DNA of 64,000 nt, from sequence record PP968062.1. The stretch is one strand, 5' to 3'. Under the pieces are notes generated by a model that saw nothing but the letters and a program-made list of their open reading frames with translations, was not told the DNA's origin and searched no databases. Position numbers and translations under genes: made by a program. This stretch comes from Pseudomonas phage HPP-Temi. Of this stretch, positions 19,360-29,314 are shown one piece after another (the first letter of the stretch is position 1; each line of letters begins with the position of its first letter).

Positions 19360-19794
19360 GTGATTATGCACGTATCAAACATGCGGGTTAAACTACTCCA
19401 GCAGTTTAGTCTACAGAACAAACTAGAACCCGCGATTCGACCTGAAGATGTTATCTGGACAAACATTGAAATCTGGTTAGAGAATGGTAATAACTCAAGA
19501 GCTACCATTCAAGCTCTGGCAAGTAGTAATCATTTCAAAGGACAGCGTACTATCAATTTCAATCGATACAGAATCGAAGAAGCATTGCGTGGCGTTGTTA
19601 TTCCCGGAAAACGTTCTGACTACTCGACTATCCACGATGTAGTTAAAGTACTGCGGGATAAGGTTACTGCACCAGTAGATACCGAAGAATTCCTTGATGG
19701 TCCTCTTGTTGGTAACACGGTTATTCTGAAGCCGACTATTCGCTCCATGGCGTACATTCCTACGTCGCAGATCGAACTAAGCTTCGCTGAATAA
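19360..19794 (+). CDS. Hypothetical protein (144 aa)
   Basis: Tightly coupled; followed by an A-run and a GC hairpin. Confidence 0.55.
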   Translation: MIMHVSNMRVKLLQQFSLQNKLEPAIRPEDVIWTNIEIWLENGNNSRATIQALASSNHFKGQRTINFNRYRIEEALRGVVIPGKRSDYSTIHDVVKVLRDKVTAPVDTEEFLDGPLVGNTVILKPTIRSMAYIPTSQIELSFAE

Positions 19795-19815
19795 AAAAAA
19801 AAAATAAAAGCAGCT

Positions 19816-19837
19816 GCCCTCTCCCGAAGGAGAGGGC
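19816..19837. terminator. Bidirectional rho-independent terminator (GCCCTCTCC cgaa GGAGAGGGC) flanked by an A12 run on the left and TTATGCCGTT on the right
   Basis: Perfect 9-bp stem with tetraloop between convergent genes. A/T run gives a U-tract for minus-strand transcripts. Confidence 0.7.
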
Positions 19838-19871
19838 TTATGCCGTTATTGCCTTTGTTCAATGATAGTCT

Positions 19872-20573
19872 TTACACGAGCGCCACGAAAGTACCGTCTT
19901 TGAAACCGACCTTACACTTAGCTTCATCGTACCACACGTCCACACCCATACGAGCGAGACCTTCGATAACGTACTTGTCGTAGTTACCTTTACCGCGCAT
20001 CACCGACTTCAGTTGGCGGGTCAACATGGTGTGGTTTGTAGACATGAACATACCCGGAACATCCAAGTCTTTCACACGCAGGTTACGCGGCAGCAGAGAC
20101 TCCATGGTGATGTTCAGGAGTTCCATGCGACGCAGGTCTTCGCGGAGAGCGCGGACGTTGTACACCATGGCCAGGCGAATGTCACCGCCGTTGCGGAGAT
20201 GTTCTTCGGTCAGGTGAGGTAGAGTTGCAGTGGGATCGACCAGAAGAGCACGTTCACCGGTGGTGTGTACTACAGGATCGAGGTAGGGATTGTGAACAAC
20301 GTATTCGCCATTGACCCAGCGATACAGATCCAGCGTGGAGGTAACCTTATAAATCATTTCCGGATCACCGCGCAGGGGCAGGTCGTCTACGGACAGTACG
20401 TCGATGGTCATGCTCTCTCCTTTAGCTTTCTGAAGTACAACCGGTTCATCGGCGACGTCGATGATAGTATCGAAGAAATCCGGAGATTGTTCTTCGTCAC
20501 GCAGAGCATTGCCAAATAGCTGGCGATGGGACGGAACGAAGATGGATTTAACAGCGTCGATTACTTGGTTCAT
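19872..20573 (-). CDS. Hypothetical protein (233 aa)
   Basis: ORF with an early-promoter-like motif just upstream at 20609-20640. Confidence 0.5.
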   Translation of the reverse strand: MNQVIDAVKSIFVPSHRQLFGNALRDEEQSPDFFDTIIDVADEPVVLQKAKGESMTIDVLSVDDLPLRGDPEMIYKVTSTLDLYRWVNGEYVVHNPYLDPVVHTTGERALLVDPTATLPHLTEEHLRNGGDIRLAMVYNVRALREDLRRMELLNITMESLLPRNLRVKDLDVPGMFMSTNHTMLTRQLKSVMRGKGNYDKYVIEGLARMGVDVWYDEAKCKVGFKDGTFVALV

Positions 20574-20608
20574 TTTGCAATTTCCTTTTGATTAGGGGAG
20601 TTATATCA

Positions 20609-20640
20609 CCTCTGTGATATAGGCTTTATTTATCTTTAAA
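20609..20640 (-). promoter_or_regulatory. Candidate phage early-type promoter (gene strand: TTTAAAGATAAATAAAGCCTATATCACAGAG)
   Basis: Matches the recurring motif TTTnAAA-N2-6-CTATAT(T/C)ACA, which occurs five times in this window. An inverted copy, TTATATCAC, lies at 20601-20609. Confidence 0.4.
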
Positions 20641-21165
20641 TACAGGGTTATCGAAATCGTCTTTATAGAGGATGTCGAAACCCACGATATCAGCCACGTG
20701 CTCACGCTCATTCAACTGGTAACGGAAACCAATAGTCAGAGGCAGGAGATCGTACAGGTCGTTCATATCACGTGCCAGGGGACCAGCCGAGGTAATATCC
20801 AGGATCAGTGCGTTTGAGACGTCGATGCCATTACCTTGTCGGATATGCCAGTTATCGAGAGTGGCACATACGCGATTAGCATCAACAACCAGTGCACGGA
20901 GGATCATGTTTTCTGGGGAAGACACTGCTACCTTCGGATGACCCAGTTCAATACCAGACAACAGGAGTTCATTCTTCTTAACGAAGGACGAGTTCTCCCA
21001 GAGGTACAGCTGGCTCAACGTTCGAGCATGTTCTACAACCGCTTCAACACGTCCTTTACCCAATTGAGCCATGTCACGACGAAGACCTTCAACCATGCGC
21101 TGGCGCATCTCTTCAAAAGAGATAGTTACACGAAACTTTGCACTCGGAAGTTTTTCGAATTTCAT
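20626..21165 (-). CDS. Hypothetical protein (179 aa)
   Basis: ORF in the capsid-proximal block. Confidence 0.5.
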   Translation of the reverse strand: MKFEKLPSAKFRVTISFEEMRQRMVEGLRRDMAQLGKGRVEAVVEHARTLSQLYLWENSSFVKKNELLLSGIELGHPKVAVSSPENMILRALVVDANRVCATLDNWHIRQGNGIDVSNALILDITSAGPLARDMNDLYDLLPLTIGFRYQLNEREHVADIVGFDILYKDDFDNPVFKDK

Positions 21166-21188
21166 TTCATTCTCCTAGAGGGACATAA

Positions 21189-21208
21189 AGCCCCTCTAAT
21201 GAGGGGCT
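21189..21208. terminator. Intergenic hairpin AGCCCCTC taat GAGGGGCT with CATAAA left arm
   Basis: Member of the CATAAAG-hairpin-CTTTATG family. Confidence 0.5.
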
Positions 21209-21213
21209 AATTA

Positions 21214-21624
21214 TCAATCGGACAATATATCGAACGTGATGATTTCTTTCAGGATACCATCTACGTTCTTAAGGCCACGGACACCCAGACGCATTGGGAT
21301 ACCATTTTTGATCATCGCGCGTATCCGATCATGGAACGGACCGAATGGACGGATATACACATTGAAGCCGATGAGTTTAGCCTTTTCGTGTACTGGATCA
21401 ATACCGATTACTAAAGCGGCACCGTTATTGCAATTAATAGACGTGGCTCGTTTGTAATCTGTTTCGGTGTTGCCTGTCAGTTTCGGATGTCCGTACTCAC
21501 AAGCAATAGTACCATCGCGTACAGCGTTACTGAACTTAGAGCTTTCGTAATCTGTACGCATGTATTCGGGGAGGCGATTCAAAGCGATGAACTCTGTACC
21601 TACTCCATTGTCAAATGACAGCAT
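21214..21624 (-). CDS. Hypothetical protein (136 aa)
   Basis: ORF; no motif recognised. Confidence 0.5.
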   Translation of the reverse strand: MLSFDNGVGTEFIALNRLPEYMRTDYESSKFSNAVRDGTIACEYGHPKLTGNTETDYKRATSINCNNGAALVIGIDPVHEKAKLIGFNVYIRPFGPFHDRIRAMIKNGIPMRLGVRGLKNVDGILKEIITFDILSD

Positions 21625-21643
21625 GTACTGCTCCTCTAAAGAA

Positions 21644-21668
21644 GCCCCTCCGAAGAGGGGCCTTTATG
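21644..21668. terminator. Intergenic hairpin GCCCCTC cgaa GAGGGGC followed by CTTTATG
   Basis: GC stem plus conserved TTTATG arm. Confidence 0.5.
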
Positions 21669-21669
21669 T

Positions 21670-23736
21670 TTACTTCAGACGTTTCAGCAGAACAGCTTTC
21701 TCAGTCAGACGACCACGGATCACTTCCAGATAAACACCATCCAGAGTAATCAGACGCATGCGGACGTTTGCCAGACCATTTGCAGTTGCACGAGTGATCA
21801 TGCCTTTCAGTACTTCACGAACAGTCGGGTGGGTACCTTCAGATACCAGAACTGCTTTCTCGTTCAGGATGTTCAGAGTAGCCAGTTGTTCCAGAGTCCA
21901 ACCTACCTGGAAGTTGGTGAACTGGTCGGCTACGCCACGGGTGTTGTCTACTTCGGCCATAGTTACGGCACGGGAGATGATCTGCGCAGCACAAGCCTTC
22001 ACGATTTGCAGAATGTTGGAACCTTTCTTGGTGTTGATGTAATCCAGCAGCTCACCGATGTCATGAGCGAAGTCGTCGATGGTGATGTTCATCGACAGGC
22101 TATCGGCCAGGAAGTCATTGATGGACTTGGTCAGACGATCATTCAAGAAGCGGAAGTAACGAATACTCAGATGACCATTGGTTACCAGTTCTTTCAGTTC
22201 AGTTGCTACGCCGATCAGATCGGTATAGTTAACTAGCTGGCTCAGCTGGTCGAAGGTCTCATCGCTAACGTCCATGTGGTGAACGTTCATCGATTTGTAT
22301 TCATGAGCAGGAATCTCCACGCTCATGGATTCTTCGTCATCTTCGATACCCAGTAGTTCACGCATTGCTGCGCGTACTTCGGATTCGACTTCCAGATCAG
22401 TTGCACCCATGAACACTTGGTTGTCCAGAACTACCGGACGACTTGCTACGGCAGCAAGGCCACCATCTTGCACCAGGCTGGCCACTTCCTCACTAGCCAG
22501 TGCATTGCCACCAATAGTGGAGACGGGAGTTTGTGCAGCGTATACAACGCCGTTAGGACGATATTCACGACGACGCAGGTCATCGTTCAGTTCATGCTTC
22601 AGGTATTCCATTTGCGGGTTCCATTCAACGAATTTCTCTTTTACCACGCCATCCGGGAAACGGACGTAGAAGCGGCAGTAGTGTTCCGGATCAACCAGAG
22701 CACTGTACGGATCTTCGTCACCGACGGTACGTTCCCAATCAACCTGATGTGCCGGTTTGATCAGAACGCCACCGGGATTATGGATCTCATCATACGGACG
22801 GGCGATGTCTACACGGAAACCGGTGGGTTGGTAATACATCGGATCGATCATTACCTGACTGACATCGATCGGTGCCGGCAAATCGGTATCTTCAATTACA
22901 GCAGGTTGCCGCGCTTGAGTCTGGGGTTGTTGAGTGTACATCGGTTGTTGCTCCTGGTTATTGGAGTAGCCACCGTAGATATCAGTACTGACCTCTTCTT
23001 TCGGCATCAAAGGAGCCTGAGAAGGAGTATCATCGTAATACGAACTGGTGGTGCTCGACGTGGTGTTGTTTGTAGTGGTCTGATAGGTGCCAGCCGGCTG
23101 TGCGAACTGTGCCTGAGACGTGGTAGCGAACTGACCCATGTTACCCGGATTGATCGGAGGCAGGTTGCCTGCCATCTGGATACCATTGCCCTGTTGGTAC
23201 ATACCCATCTGCTGTTGTTGCTGCGGACGGTAGTTACCAGACTTGTACGCTTGGATGTCTTGCAGGATCTGCTGGTACATGCCTTGGGCAGTTTGCAGAC
23301 CTTGGAACATGTGCTGAGGAACAGCACCCATTTGTACTAGAGCCGGATAAGATGCTACGCACTGACCCAGGAAGGCTTCGTACATACGCTGAGCGCCCCT
23401 AGGCACTGCATCAGTTTGACTATAGTTCTTGCAGACGCACAGGAACTCGACGAAGTCAACGAGATGTTGACACCACTGCTGGAAGATCTGGTTTTGGAAC
23501 CAGTTCGAGGACAGCAGGTTGTAGGCAAAGATGTGGAGGTTACCTTTGCCAACCGACGATTGTGCAAGCCCACGGAACAGACCAACTGCCTGGAGTACCA
23601 GCTGTTGGTTATTCATCAGGTTCTGGCTAAGTTGGAGTTGAGGTACCCGATCATTACCAGCCGGCAGATTACCATTGAAGGTGCTCTGATCGACTTGTTG
23701 GCAGGAGACCGGGAGTTGAGCTTGTTGGTTGTACAT
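21670..23736 (-). CDS. Q/N-rich low-complexity (prion-like) protein, 688 aa, probable head/virion-associated
   Basis: N-terminal ~270 aa rich in Q/N/G/M/T (PQQQQQMGMYQQGNGIQMAGNLPPINPGNMGQF...TTTNNTTSSTTSSYY...NNQEQQPMYTQQPQTQARQP), then a globular C-terminal half. Confidence 0.55.
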   Translation of the reverse strand: MYNQQAQLPVSCQQVDQSTFNGNLPAGNDRVPQLQLSQNLMNNQQLVLQAVGLFRGLAQSSVGKGNLHIFAYNLLSSNWFQNQIFQQWCQHLVDFVEFLCVCKNYSQTDAVPRGAQRMYEAFLGQCVASYPALVQMGAVPQHMFQGLQTAQGMYQQILQDIQAYKSGNYRPQQQQQMGMYQQGNGIQMAGNLPPINPGNMGQFATTSQAQFAQPAGTYQTTTNNTTSSTTSSYYDDTPSQAPLMPKEEVSTDIYGGYSNNQEQQPMYTQQPQTQARQPAVIEDTDLPAPIDVSQVMIDPMYYQPTGFRVDIARPYDEIHNPGGVLIKPAHQVDWERTVGDEDPYSALVDPEHYCRFYVRFPDGVVKEKFVEWNPQMEYLKHELNDDLRRREYRPNGVVYAAQTPVSTIGGNALASEEVASLVQDGGLAAVASRPVVLDNQVFMGATDLEVESEVRAAMRELLGIEDDEESMSVEIPAHEYKSMNVHHMDVSDETFDQLSQLVNYTDLIGVATELKELVTNGHLSIRYFRFLNDRLTKSINDFLADSLSMNITIDDFAHDIGELLDYINTKKGSNILQIVKACAAQIISRAVTMAEVDNTRGVADQFTNFQVGWTLEQLATLNILNEKAVLVSEGTHPTVREVLKGMITRATANGLANVRMRLITLDGVYLEVIRGRLTEKAVLLKRLK

Positions 23737-23759
23737 CTGACTTTTCCTATTTAAGAAGT

Positions 23760-25388
23760 TTAAGAGACGAAGCGTTGTTGCGCTTTGTCAATAAGTTCAC
23801 GATCTTCTTCACGTCGTTCAACCAATCCGTCGTATCTCACGTTGACGAAGAGGTTGAGTCGGCCACGACCATCCGGGTTGTTCTTCGGTTGGTTTTTATA
23901 CTGACCCACTTCCGCAATCGAAGCGTGGATGAGACGAGAGCTATCGCCGATAAGCGACTTGTTGTGCGCCTTGGATGTCTTAGCGCGATCCTGCGGTACA
24001 AGAATTGAAGTTACCTTAATAACCTTGCTATCACCAGGAGACGACAGCGTATCGAGCTCGCCGTGTTCACTGGTGAGTTTCTTGATGCAGGTGTTGAGCT
24101 TAAACGAACGTTTCAGGGCATCGTTGATTTCCTGTCCAGTCCATTCTTTATCTTTACGGCCTTGGAAGGTATACGCAAACATAGAGACAGCATAGTTAAA
24201 CTCTGCCATCACATACCGGAGAATACTCAGGCGTTTGTCGTACATGCTGGTTTCATCGATGTCGGTGGCGTAAAGGTGGTGCGCCATGTCCGTCATGATT
24301 GCATACAGCAGTTCCCAGATAGTGTTAACCTTCACTCCAACAGAACGAAGTTCTTCGATGGTCATCTCATCGAGCGAGTTGTTGAAACTATCCAGGTGGG
24401 ATTCGATGTTCTCTGCAATCTTACCCTGGTGCTCGAAGTCACCAAAGATCATCAGACCCAGGATGATCCGCCACAGCTGTTTGTTATCCATGTAGCTCGG
24501 CTCATAGAACCGGCTTGGGAAAGCATCCACAACGTACCAGAAACCTGCGACCAATCGACGAATGAAATCCGTCTCTTTCTCTTTAGGTAGAACCAGTACC
24601 ATGTCCCCAGTTGGATGGCGACGTTTCAGAACAGCGGATTCGTAAACGTTCCACTGATCACGAGGATACTCAGACTCAGGGAAGTCTTTCAGATAACCAA
24701 TTTGTACATCTACTCCACCCCAGCGCTTGAACGTTTCAACAACGCCAAACTCACAGAAGAAGTAATGAGCCAGACACGACTCAATGTGCTGTCGGTTATC
24801 AAGATCACGTTTGGTACGCTTGGACATCTCGTTGTGAATCTGAGACCAGATCACGTACATCACTTCACGCTGACCATTGCACATGTAGTGGTGGTCAACT
24901 TGTTTGAACGTGAGTTTAGCTCGACGGAACGGAATGAAGATACTACCATTCAGAACCGAGAAGCCTACGTCAGTCAATACCGGGGAGATCGAATAGGTAG
25001 CACCGTTCAGAGTGCAGATACCGCCATCACGAACATAAGGTAGAAGTACCCGACGTGGGAACATCATTTCGCCTTTATAGCTCGTGATCAATTCGATCAT
25101 GTACGTGTTGCTCTCTGCGATATTGGCTACTCGCTTCGAACCGTACTCACGGGTGATCTCTTCGAAATGTACCTCAGGTTTACACAGACGGTTTCCATGA
25201 TACTTGAAGTCAGCAGGGAACAGCGCCGAGTTGATCTCGAACAACTTATCTACATAGGCACGAGTTGCGTTCATGCCTGTATCAGGGTTGATCTCCATCA
25301 TGTGCTTTACTGCAAGACCGTTGGCTAGGTCTTTGTTGAGCTTAGGTGTGACACCATCAATCCTGCCGATTACATACGGGTCCATCAC
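23760..25388 (-). CDS. Hypothetical protein (542 aa)
   Basis: Long ORF between the Q-rich protein and the capsid gene; RNAP beta/beta-prime signature motifs not seen. Confidence 0.55.
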   Translation of the reverse strand: MMDPYVIGRIDGVTPKLNKDLANGLAVKHMMEINPDTGMNATRAYVDKLFEINSALFPADFKYHGNRLCKPEVHFEEITREYGSKRVANIAESNTYMIELITSYKGEMMFPRRVLLPYVRDGGICTLNGATYSISPVLTDVGFSVLNGSIFIPFRRAKLTFKQVDHHYMCNGQREVMYVIWSQIHNEMSKRTKRDLDNRQHIESCLAHYFFCEFGVVETFKRWGGVDVQIGYLKDFPESEYPRDQWNVYESAVLKRRHPTGDMVLVLPKEKETDFIRRLVAGFWYVVDAFPSRFYEPSYMDNKQLWRIILGLMIFGDFEHQGKIAENIESHLDSFNNSLDEMTIEELRSVGVKVNTIWELLYAIMTDMAHHLYATDIDETSMYDKRLSILRYVMAEFNYAVSMFAYTFQGRKDKEWTGQEINDALKRSFKLNTCIKKLTSEHGELDTLSSPGDSKVIKVTSILVPQDRAKTSKAHNKSLIGDSSRLIHASIAEVGQYKNQPKNNPDGRGRLNLFVNVRYDGLVERREEDRELIDKAQQRFVS

Positions 25389-25393
25389 CCCTC

Positions 25394-26431
25394 CTATCGC
25401 TTTCGGAAAATCTTTTCGAGCAATGCATCTGCCTTGGCTACTTCTGCAATGAAGTCCACGACAGTTCCGACAGAGATATCTCTAAACAGAATGATATCTC
25501 TGATTGCCAAAGGTTCTGGCTCTTCGTCATACAGATGTCGATGGAACATATCGAAACAATCCATTCTACGCTGAGCGTCCTCTTTGGACATTCCTTTCGT
25601 TCCCTCCTTTACAGCTTCTCTCCATTCACGTAGACTGGAATAGATGCCATACTTTTTAAAGTCTCCAGGCTTGATAACAATTGCTTTCGCATTATCTCGC
25701 CTTGCCGCAAACGTCACATTACCCCTTAGGTTAATATGAATACCAACTGGCATATCTGGCATGAAGACAGGCTTCACTTCTAGCAAGTCGCTGCCGAAAG
25801 GCATAAACACGCTTTCAGTTATTCGCTCATCGTCTACAAAGTAGGCGACCGTAGTTGTGGTTGTCCAGATGATATCCTCTTGTCGATAGAGATCATCATT
25901 CTTAGAGAAGAAACAATCACGAGGGAAGAACGTTGTCTTCTTAACTCGATCAGTGGACACCACTTGTACGTTTAGCGCTTCGATCCAAAGCCCATACGGA
26001 TCAGTATCAATGTGATCTAGATCAACGATGAAATAGAAGTCCAGTTCACATGGAGTATTGGTTCCTTTGTTCTTGACAGAGTTAACCAGTTTCTCCAGAT
26101 ACTCTTGGGATAGGTTAGGCCAATGCTTGAGCATAGCACCTACGTTCAACTTAACGTCACCACCCCAAGTGAAGTTGATGCAGACTACAAGTCTGTTCTC
26201 AATTCGGTTTGTTCCAGGTAGATCTAATACCACACCACTACCATCGATGATGCTGATCTCGTGGGTCGACTGATTCAGGTATCGAACTCGTTTGTCAACA
26301 AGCCCTTGTCCGAAGAAGATGTTTTGGAAGACAGATGTTTGCCACCTGTCCATGTAAGACGTGTCCAGAGGACAGTCCAATACAGGATCGTCCTCAATGT
26401 GTCCCGCTCGGGAACGGTTGATCTGTACCAT
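25394..26431 (-). CDS. Hypothetical protein (345 aa)
   Basis: ORF; its N-terminus overlaps the upstream basic-protein ORF by 38 nt. Confidence 0.5.
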   Translation of the reverse strand: MVQINRSRAGHIEDDPVLDCPLDTSYMDRWQTSVFQNIFFGQGLVDKRVRYLNQSTHEISIIDGSGVVLDLPGTNRIENRLVVCINFTWGGDVKLNVGAMLKHWPNLSQEYLEKLVNSVKNKGTNTPCELDFYFIVDLDHIDTDPYGLWIEALNVQVVSTDRVKKTTFFPRDCFFSKNDDLYRQEDIIWTTTTTVAYFVDDERITESVFMPFGSDLLEVKPVFMPDMPVGIHINLRGNVTFAARRDNAKAIVIKPGDFKKYGIYSSLREWREAVKEGTKGMSKEDAQRRMDCFDMFHRHLYDEEPEPLAIRDIILFRDISVGTVVDFIAEVAKADALLEKIFRKR

Positions 26432-26873
26432 TTAAAACTATCCTATCCAATCTCATCTCTACTGGACGCCCTTGACGCCTACTCCGTTCTTGACGAGGCT
26501 TATATCGATCCGTCGTTGATACTTCCGGATTTCTATAATCTCTTCCTCCACGTTTCCCGTGCGCAACACGCGTTTTACCTTTACCCTTCCGCGTGCTGCG
26601 CGTACGCTGTTTTTCTTCAGGGTTACCTCCTGATTCTTTACAGCGTCCATTGGCAATATTAACCTGACGCATTTGCTTCTCGAATCGATTAGCAAAACGG
26701 GTCATATTCTCATCCTGACTAGGATGAAGTTTTTTGGTCGGTTGAGAGTTGGATTGGTAAGACGTATCATTACCAACAGTAGTATCTTTTTCCTGGACGA
26801 CAATGTCGCCGGGATTCATTTGGGTTTCACTGAGCTCTCGCTCAACATGACTCCCGTGTGCACTCCAGAACAT
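26394..26873 (-). CDS. Highly basic small protein (159 aa; Arg/Lys-rich C-terminal half), possible DNA-binding/internal head protein
   Basis: EEKQRTRSTRKGKGKTRVAHGKRGGRDYRNPEVSTTDRYKPRQERSRRQGRPVEMR; directly downstream of the capsid gene. Confidence 0.45.
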   Translation of the reverse strand: MFWSAHGSHVERELSETQMNPGDIVVQEKDTTVGNDTSYQSNSQPTKKLHPSQDENMTRFANRFEKQMRQVNIANGRCKESGGNPEEKQRTRSTRKGKGKTRVAHGKRGGRDYRNPEVSTTDRYKPRQERSRRQGRPVEMRLDRIVLNGTDQPFPSGTH

Positions 26874-26907
26874 TGTCTGATCCTCTAATTGGGGAATATT
26901 TCATCAT

Positions 26908-26939
26908 CACTGTAATATAGATTTGAAATATTTTTTAAT
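26908..26939 (-). promoter_or_regulatory. Candidate early-type promoter (gene strand: CATTAAAAAATATTTCAAATCTATATTACAGTG)
   Basis: TTTCAAA-N1-CTATATTACA motif upstream of gene 26394..26873. Confidence 0.4.
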
Positions 26940-26944
26940 GACGA

Positions 26945-26978
26945 CATAAAGCCTCTACCCGAAGGTAGAGGCTTTATG
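26945..26978. terminator. Extended palindromic hairpin CATAAAGCCTCTACC cgaa GGTAGAGGCTTTATG (15-bp stem)
   Basis: Perfect inverted repeat downstream of the capsid gene stop (27089); best example of the CATAAAG...CTTTATG element. Confidence 0.65.
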
Positions 26979-27088
26979 CCAGCAGTCAGCTTTACACTTC
27001 CGCTTTACCGCTCCAGGCGGCGGGCCACTCCGTCTTCAAGATAACGGGTAGTTCCATTCTCAAGCTTACGGAAGGTTCCCTTTCCAGT

Positions 27089-29314
27089 TCAACCCTTAAC
27101 GGCGTCGACCAGGGGCTTGTTCCACTGAGACTCACCCATCACTTCTTCGAAGCCAGTAACGTCGAATTCGAGAGCGAACGGGATGTTGTTTACGTGCAGG
27201 TTGAACGGAATCGCAGCGATTTCGCGAGTAACTTGCTGGCCACCACGGGTGATCGGCAGGTCGGCGATTACGGTCGATACGTAGTAGAATTGACCGAAGC
27301 TGAGGATGTCGTTCTCTTGCGGGTTCTTACGAGTCGGAACCACTACCAGTTTACCGTCGAACAGTTCGTTGTTGGTCGATACCAGGTCGTATTCCAGGTA
27401 AGCGCCCAGGGTACGATCGTCGCCCTTGGTCATCAGGTAGTTAGCGATCTCTTTGTCCGAGCAGAACAGGAACATCGGACGCTCGTCTTGGTTGCCGGAG
27501 ATCACACGGAAGGCTGCTTCGATGTTGGATTCACGGTAGGCCGGGAACAGTACACCTTTAACAGCGTTCAGGATTGCCGAGCAGACATCTTCCCAACGGT
27601 CTTGCGACTTCAGGGTGTCGATCATGTCAGGCAGGTGCAGCTTCTTGTAGCGGTAGGTCGGACGCATTACTGCGGACAGAGCACCTTCAACAGCACCGAA
27701 CTGCGGACGGTCGAAACCGTTAGCGGTTACTTCTTTCAGCTGAGCCAGGTAGTTCAGCAGGCGCTTAACAGCGTTGTTGCTGTTACGGATGTTGGTGTTG
27801 ACAGTCAGAGCCTTAACAACTTCGCCCGGACCTTCTTCGTCCATGGTGCTCAGCGGCAGGGTTACCGGAGCGTGCATCGGAATCGGGTGACGGAATTGCA
27901 GGGCACGAGTTTGCAGCAGGTGACCACGCTGACGACGGTTGGTGTTGGTGAAGCGGGTATCGAGGTCGAAACCAACGATTTCCATTTCGCCAATGCTGTC
28001 GACCAGTGCTTTACCATCGCCAGTTTCCAGATCGATACGACGCTTGTCTTCGTCCAGGATACGGTCGATAGTTACTTCACCAATGGTGAAGCGGCTGTCG
28101 CCACGGCTCAGGCTAACGTGACCGCTGAATTGCATGCTCAGACGCAGAACCCACTTACGTTGTTCCAGTTCTTTCATGCCAGCAGTTTGAGCTGCATCAG
28201 TAGTACGAGTAACGGCCGATACGGTCAGGTCGTCAGACCAGAAGTCGATCTTGGCGCCACGGGTATCACCAACCAGGTCCGGCTGGAACACTGCGCGCGG
28301 CAGACGTTCGGTTTGGAACTTGATGACTTTACCTTGGAACTTCACGTACAGAGCCTTCAGGCGGCCCGACGGATCGATGGTGTCCGAAATGTCCAGCATG
28401 CCTTTGTTGATCAGCAGGTTGGCGTTCGAGTTACCCATCAGGTCCAGTTTAACGCCCGGCTTCAGCGGAGCAGTTTCGATGGACATGTTTTGTTCGTTGA
28501 TAACGGTTACCGGAGGCAGCAGAGCCGGATCAGCGAAGTACTTCAGGTTGGTACCAGCAGGATCGATGGCCGGGATCAGTGCAGTGCACTCGTCGTCCAG
28601 GATGGACGGATCACGATAGGCTTCAACCATGTTGACTTCTTGGTTGTCGAGCTTCTGACCGGAAACAGCGTGGTAAACGTCTTTCATTACCGCGATGTAC
28701 GGCAGTACCTGAACCACACCGCCCTCGATCGGGTTGATTACGGTGGTCGGATAGATACGCTCAGCGAACTCGTCCTGACGGGAAGCAGCCAGGTTATAAC
28801 CAACGGTCACAACGCGGAAGTCACGCTGGGATTTCTCGTTGTAGTTTTCCAGACCAACGCCAGCAGCAGCTTCGAAAGTTTGGATCGAACCAGCCGGGCC
28901 ATCAAAGCGGTGTTCTACCGAAATGACGTTCTTGTCAGTGGAAGCAATTTTCTTACCAACTTGTTTCAGAGCCTTAACGTACTCAGTGGAGTTGGACATT
29001 GCCAGAGCAGCCATGGTAGCGGCCGACAGTTGGTTCTCGCCTACACGGCTTGCAGCGCCTTCGAAGGATTCGAAGCCACAGGTACGGGCGATCTTTTGCA
29101 GGCTAGCGTACATGCCAGCAGCGCTTTGAGCATCTTCGTCGCTCAGTTGACCGAAGGATTCCAGGCCGATTTTACTGATCAGTTTGCTACCGGCAGACAG
29201 AACGCTGTCACCGTAGTCTTTTTCCAGATCCAGTTTACCCAGGAAGTTTTCCATGGAGAAACGAGTCAGGTTTTGTTCGCCGTTCACTTTGAACAGAGCT
29301 TTAAGGTCTTTCAT
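27089..29314 (-). CDS. Putative major capsid protein (741 aa), phiKZ gp120-like by size and context
   Basis: Length 741 aa (remembered phiKZ gp120 about 747 aa). Strong long hairpin terminator downstream; neighbouring head/inner-body genes. The + strand ORF 27194..29320 is an antisense artifact. Confidence 0.55.
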   Translation of the reverse strand: MKDLKALFKVNGEQNLTRFSMENFLGKLDLEKDYGDSVLSAGSKLISKIGLESFGQLSDEDAQSAAGMYASLQKIARTCGFESFEGAASRVGENQLSAATMAALAMSNSTEYVKALKQVGKKIASTDKNVISVEHRFDGPAGSIQTFEAAAGVGLENYNEKSQRDFRVVTVGYNLAASRQDEFAERIYPTTVINPIEGGVVQVLPYIAVMKDVYHAVSGQKLDNQEVNMVEAYRDPSILDDECTALIPAIDPAGTNLKYFADPALLPPVTVINEQNMSIETAPLKPGVKLDLMGNSNANLLINKGMLDISDTIDPSGRLKALYVKFQGKVIKFQTERLPRAVFQPDLVGDTRGAKIDFWSDDLTVSAVTRTTDAAQTAGMKELEQRKWVLRLSMQFSGHVSLSRGDSRFTIGEVTIDRILDEDKRRIDLETGDGKALVDSIGEMEIVGFDLDTRFTNTNRRQRGHLLQTRALQFRHPIPMHAPVTLPLSTMDEEGPGEVVKALTVNTNIRNSNNAVKRLLNYLAQLKEVTANGFDRPQFGAVEGALSAVMRPTYRYKKLHLPDMIDTLKSQDRWEDVCSAILNAVKGVLFPAYRESNIEAAFRVISGNQDERPMFLFCSDKEIANYLMTKGDDRTLGAYLEYDLVSTNNELFDGKLVVVPTRKNPQENDILSFGQFYYVSTVIADLPITRGGQQVTREIAAIPFNLHVNNIPFALEFDVTGFEEVMGESQWNKPLVDAVKG

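Noticed and set aside
22417-23340. 307-aa plus-strand ORF (also 36702-38021, 38937-39974, 40169-40888 on the plus strand)
   Set aside because: All sit antisense to well-supported minus-strand genes in an otherwise uniformly minus-strand block. No independent promoter, terminator or RBS features.
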